Source: Sedimentisphaerales bacterium (GTDB lineage Bacteria; Planctomycetota; Phycisphaerae; Sedimentisphaerales; SM23-30). From it: a stretch of 64,000 nt of DNA. The stretch is from the NCBI GenBank assembly GCA_963666285.1, contig OY762711.1; one strand, written 5' to 3'. Under the pieces are notes generated by a model. The model saw nothing but the letters and a program-made list of their open reading frames with translations. It was not told the DNA's origin and made no database searches. This document shows positions 62,201 to 64,000 of this stretch, piece by piece. How positions within the stretch are numbered: position 1 is the first letter of the stretch; every line of letters starts with the position of its first letter. The translations under genes were made by a program, and so were the position numbers.

Positions 62201-63020
62201 CATTCCTGGCAAATTCAACAATAGCATCAACATCGCTCTGTGAAATACTCGAACCAAGCCAGCCAACAAGAACATCAGCATCAGCAAGAACAGAAGAATA
62301 ATTTGTACTTTTTACAACATTGCTGTATCCCTGGTCAGCCAGCCAGACGTCAGCGTTATTGTATGCATTATTTGGCACAACTATCTTTATTGATTTACTT
62401 GAGGTGCCGGTAAGCCATTCAAGCGCATTCATATAAAATACACCATTATCTGCTGAGTCACCATAACTGTTCATATTTAACCATTGATGGTCAGGCATAG
62501 CCAGCACACGCCCGGCACCTAATGTTGATGCCGCAACTATCGGATCAGACCGGTTTTCACCTCCATAATTTCCAATACTGAAAGCTGTAGGACCGTATGC
62601 TACACAGCCGCTTGCCCCACTTGGATCTGCCAGGATACTCACACCACTTAATATAACTGTCCGGGCTGTTTCAACATCAAAATTTGCATTTACACTGATA
62701 CTGACAATTCCAGTATCAGTTGCAGTACCATCAGTAACAGTATATGTAAAATAGTCAAGACCAACAAAACCAGACTTAGGATTATATACCAGAGTTCCGT
62801 CGCCATTAGCAGAGACTGTACCTCCTTGCTCAGAAGAATGATCAAAAGATTGCAATTGCAGCTGATCACCATCGACATCAACATCATTAACTAATGGGTA
62901 ACATATTCTCCACGAATCCTGTGCAGTTATGTGCAAATCATCAACAGCCTCAGGGGCCGCAGCTGAAAGCCCTCCGCAAAAGAATATTTGCAAAACTAGT
63001 ATTATATAAAACTTATTCAT
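59208..63020 (-). CDS. Secreted M60-family (enhancin/mucinase-like) metallopeptidase with Ig-like, LamG and dockerin-like domains
   Basis: WLSTGLYAVPGE; YGGLIYI; APYGEL; WGAYHETGHLHQ...GEVTVNIF (HEXXH...E); C-terminal DLNNDRNVDFSDLQIFAYNW. Confidence 0.88.
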   Translation of the reverse strand: MNKFYIILVLQIFFCGGLSAAAPEAVDDLHITAQDSWRICYPLVNDVDVDGDQLQLQSFDHSSEQGGTVSANGDGTLVYNPKSGFVGLDYFTYTVTDGTATDTGIVSISVNANFDVETARTVILSGVSILADPSGASGCVAYGPTAFSIGNYGGENRSDPIVAASTLGAGRVLAMPDHQWLNMNSYGDSADNGVFYMNALEWLTGTSSKSIKIVVPNNAYNNADVWLADQGYSNVVKSTNYSSVLADADVLVGWLGSSISQSDVDAIVEFARNGGALFLADYGPGYIMWWTGTGIKNAPGNRILRQAGIGFANEGGGSLSISRSSGQTTAEDVIKMLDDSSGYSSTNLDIGGTVMGRMFDVLKEGDNLLARLDEKFYERINSIIPSPSNPVSDSFDKALLRRECSILQNTPVEQMTAHRSAVPVYGVIPSDAPRVSITRSYNVSQKGRDTRGNDSVIWLSTGLYAVPGEIVTISVPSSLTVDGLKAKINGDWNDVSSRGSYLRMPFGTSTEFSLDQASVSVGNPYGGLIYIIVPRNTVPGDFSVTISNAIEAPIFVLGYHTNADWINTLRDKPAPYGELISGNMIISVPKTDIIDLAKPEELMTFWHDGIAAQDDLANLTGKRTRPMRMYSMVQTAWGSGYAGYPIGGWGWDFGDYDAMEAGGCWGAYHETGHLHQSGYWTDGRTGEVTVNIFTMAAIESVCDSGKASDGWSRMWNPSRRVEMFEAAVSAGGFDETGLGERLDMYVQLKEIFGWEAFKATFQTYLDDEVSNPSALPATDQQEWDQFMTRFSRQVGYDLSPFFVDWDFGVSSSAISSLNDLPEWNMLEVIADSYSVPSGGSVVITDPSVNDYSFQGSKFLVSIGTPTNGAVVSNGNGTWTFTSEAGFEGEATIPYTVKNGYNNTFSGNIKVSVTGKELVAFYTFDDDHRTGNAIKDMSGPDKYDSSNINAKLGLAGYVGQSVYCGGAGNYVEIPPLNLDSNTVTMTAWIKRSGSQQSYAGILFSRAGSTTAGMNFKGTTNQLGYHWNGSAGSYNFVSNLDIPDNEWTFIALVIEPSKATLYVNDKSVVNNVSHDIEEFDGITYLGRDYSYRSFKGYADEVTVWKRSLESNEIADIYDLGRQKINSLPKIADPFDIDDGLEGIDYHAVITSLVSDPEGDPLLFSKVSGPAWMDITSGGIISGIPGSSDIGTEQLTIQIVDALEGVSLVDVDVTVHNLYWGDMGLEDFANFASMWQIKECGDYPLCGGCDLNNDRNVDFSDLQIFAYNWIDGK

Positions 63021-63260
63021 TTTGAACCTTTATTACTCTTTTCGCTCTCTCTTGAACATCTAAAAAGATTTTAATACTTAAGAAATACTTAAAATATTTC
63101 CACTCTCTAAAAACATATAAATTTCACTAATAATTATATACTTCATGTCTCTTGACATTCTTCAAGCATCATTATTTTAATCAAATAGATTCATTTAAAT
63201 ATAATAAGACAAGATATTTACTTTCATAATTTATTATACTAAACAAGTTGAATATTAAAC

Positions 63261-63295
63261 AATAGACATATGTAATTAAACAATGTACATATGTA
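63261..63295 (-). promoter_or_regulatory. AraC-type tandem site upstream of the M60 gene
   Basis: AATAGACATATGTA (63261) and AATGTACATATGTA (63282), 21-bp period. On the minus strand it continues into TTGTTT-18bp-TATAAT. Confidence 0.7.
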
Positions 63296-63465
63296 ACTAA
63301 TAAACAGAGATCAATACAGCTAATAAAAGAATCATAAAACATTCGTTTTATATTTGAAAAGTTGGTCCTGAATCACCGATCTCTTATCACAAATAACCTG
63401 TTAAATATAAATTGAATTTCGAATACTCCAAAGATAAATATTATGCTTATCGGCAATATAAAATA

Positions 63466-63501
63466 AACAGAACTCCTGGCGAATATGCCGGGAGTTCTGT
63501 T
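63466..63501. terminator. Terminator-like hairpin downstream of the last CDS
   Basis: AACAGAACTCCTGGC-gaatat-GCCGGGAGTTCTGTT with A/T tracts on both sides. Confidence 0.65.
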
Positions 63502-63578
63502 ATTTTCAAATACTACCGGAATGTTATAAACTCAGGTTTTACAAATTCCGTGATTTTATTACATTTATTACAACTTCA

Positions 63579-63998
63579 TCATGGACATTCAGTCTGAGGA
63601 ACCCAGTTACATTCCATCCAGGATGATGCCATAACAGAGAAGTCCTGAAGGTCTACCTTACCATCACCGGTAATATCGTATTCCAGACTTACTACCGTTT
63701 CACCATCAAACTTGGCCTGAACCCAGTATTCACTCATAGCCTGATCCCAGACAGTATAGTCATCAACCCAGCCTTTGAGTGGTGTTTGAGTGGACTGATC
63801 CGCCCATACAATCCAACCTTCAGAGTTGATCTTGAATGCAGTTTCTTCAGTATCAACCAAAGTTAATCCGGTCTTTGTAGCAACAACTTCACCATCAACA
63901 AAGACTTTACCAACCTTCTTATCTGCATCATAAGTTGCAGTCAGCATTCTCCATTGACCATCTCCATACAGATTAGTTCCAGGCCAGAAGCCATCACC
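63579..63998 (-). CDS. C-terminal part of a LamG + dockerin-like secreted protein (runs off the window)
   Basis: Frame stays open to the window edge (GDGFWPGTNLYGDGQWRMLTATYD...). Contains GWVDDYTVWD and DITGDGKVDLQDFSVMASSWMEC. Confidence 0.75.
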   Translation of the reverse strand, partial: GDGFWPGTNLYGDGQWRMLTATYDADKKVGKVFVDGEVVATKTGLTLVDTEETAFKINSEGWIVWADQSTQTPLKGWVDDYTVWDQAMSEYWVQAKFDGETVVSLEYDITGDGKVDLQDFSVMASSWMECNWVPQTECP

Positions 63999-64000
63999 AC

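Overview
This is an AT-rich (intergenic) bacterial chromosomal region. The gene repertoire points to Planctomycetota, probably Phycisphaerae/Sedimentisphaerales (inference): dockerin-like C-terminal modules, LamG/Ig surface proteins, an H-X9-DG pilin-like protein, an ECF sigma/FecR-LamG pair and no SusC/D. After a hypothetical gene and an intact DDE insertion sequence (945-2371, 5-bp TSD), about 60 kb is one glycoprotein/glycan-foraging region. Degradative genes: Nag31-like GH31, GH20, GH29, two GH2, an unassigned GH, four sulfatases, an M60 peptidase and a metzincin. Uptake and catabolic genes: SSS transporter, HexNAc kinase-like enzyme, nucleotidyltransferase, 4-epimerase, a deacetylase/PFK/SIS operon and tdh-kbl for threonine catabolism. 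A 14-bp direct-repeat pair with 21-bp spacing (AraC-type site) recurs at five promoter regions and ties these operons into a candidate O-glycoprotein (mucin-like) regulon. An embedded IclR-associated operon encodes a sugar isomerase and a hydrazine-synthase-like multiheme protein pair. Three copies of a MITE related to the IS ends sit in intergenic regions. All functional calls come from motif recognition; no database searches were run.
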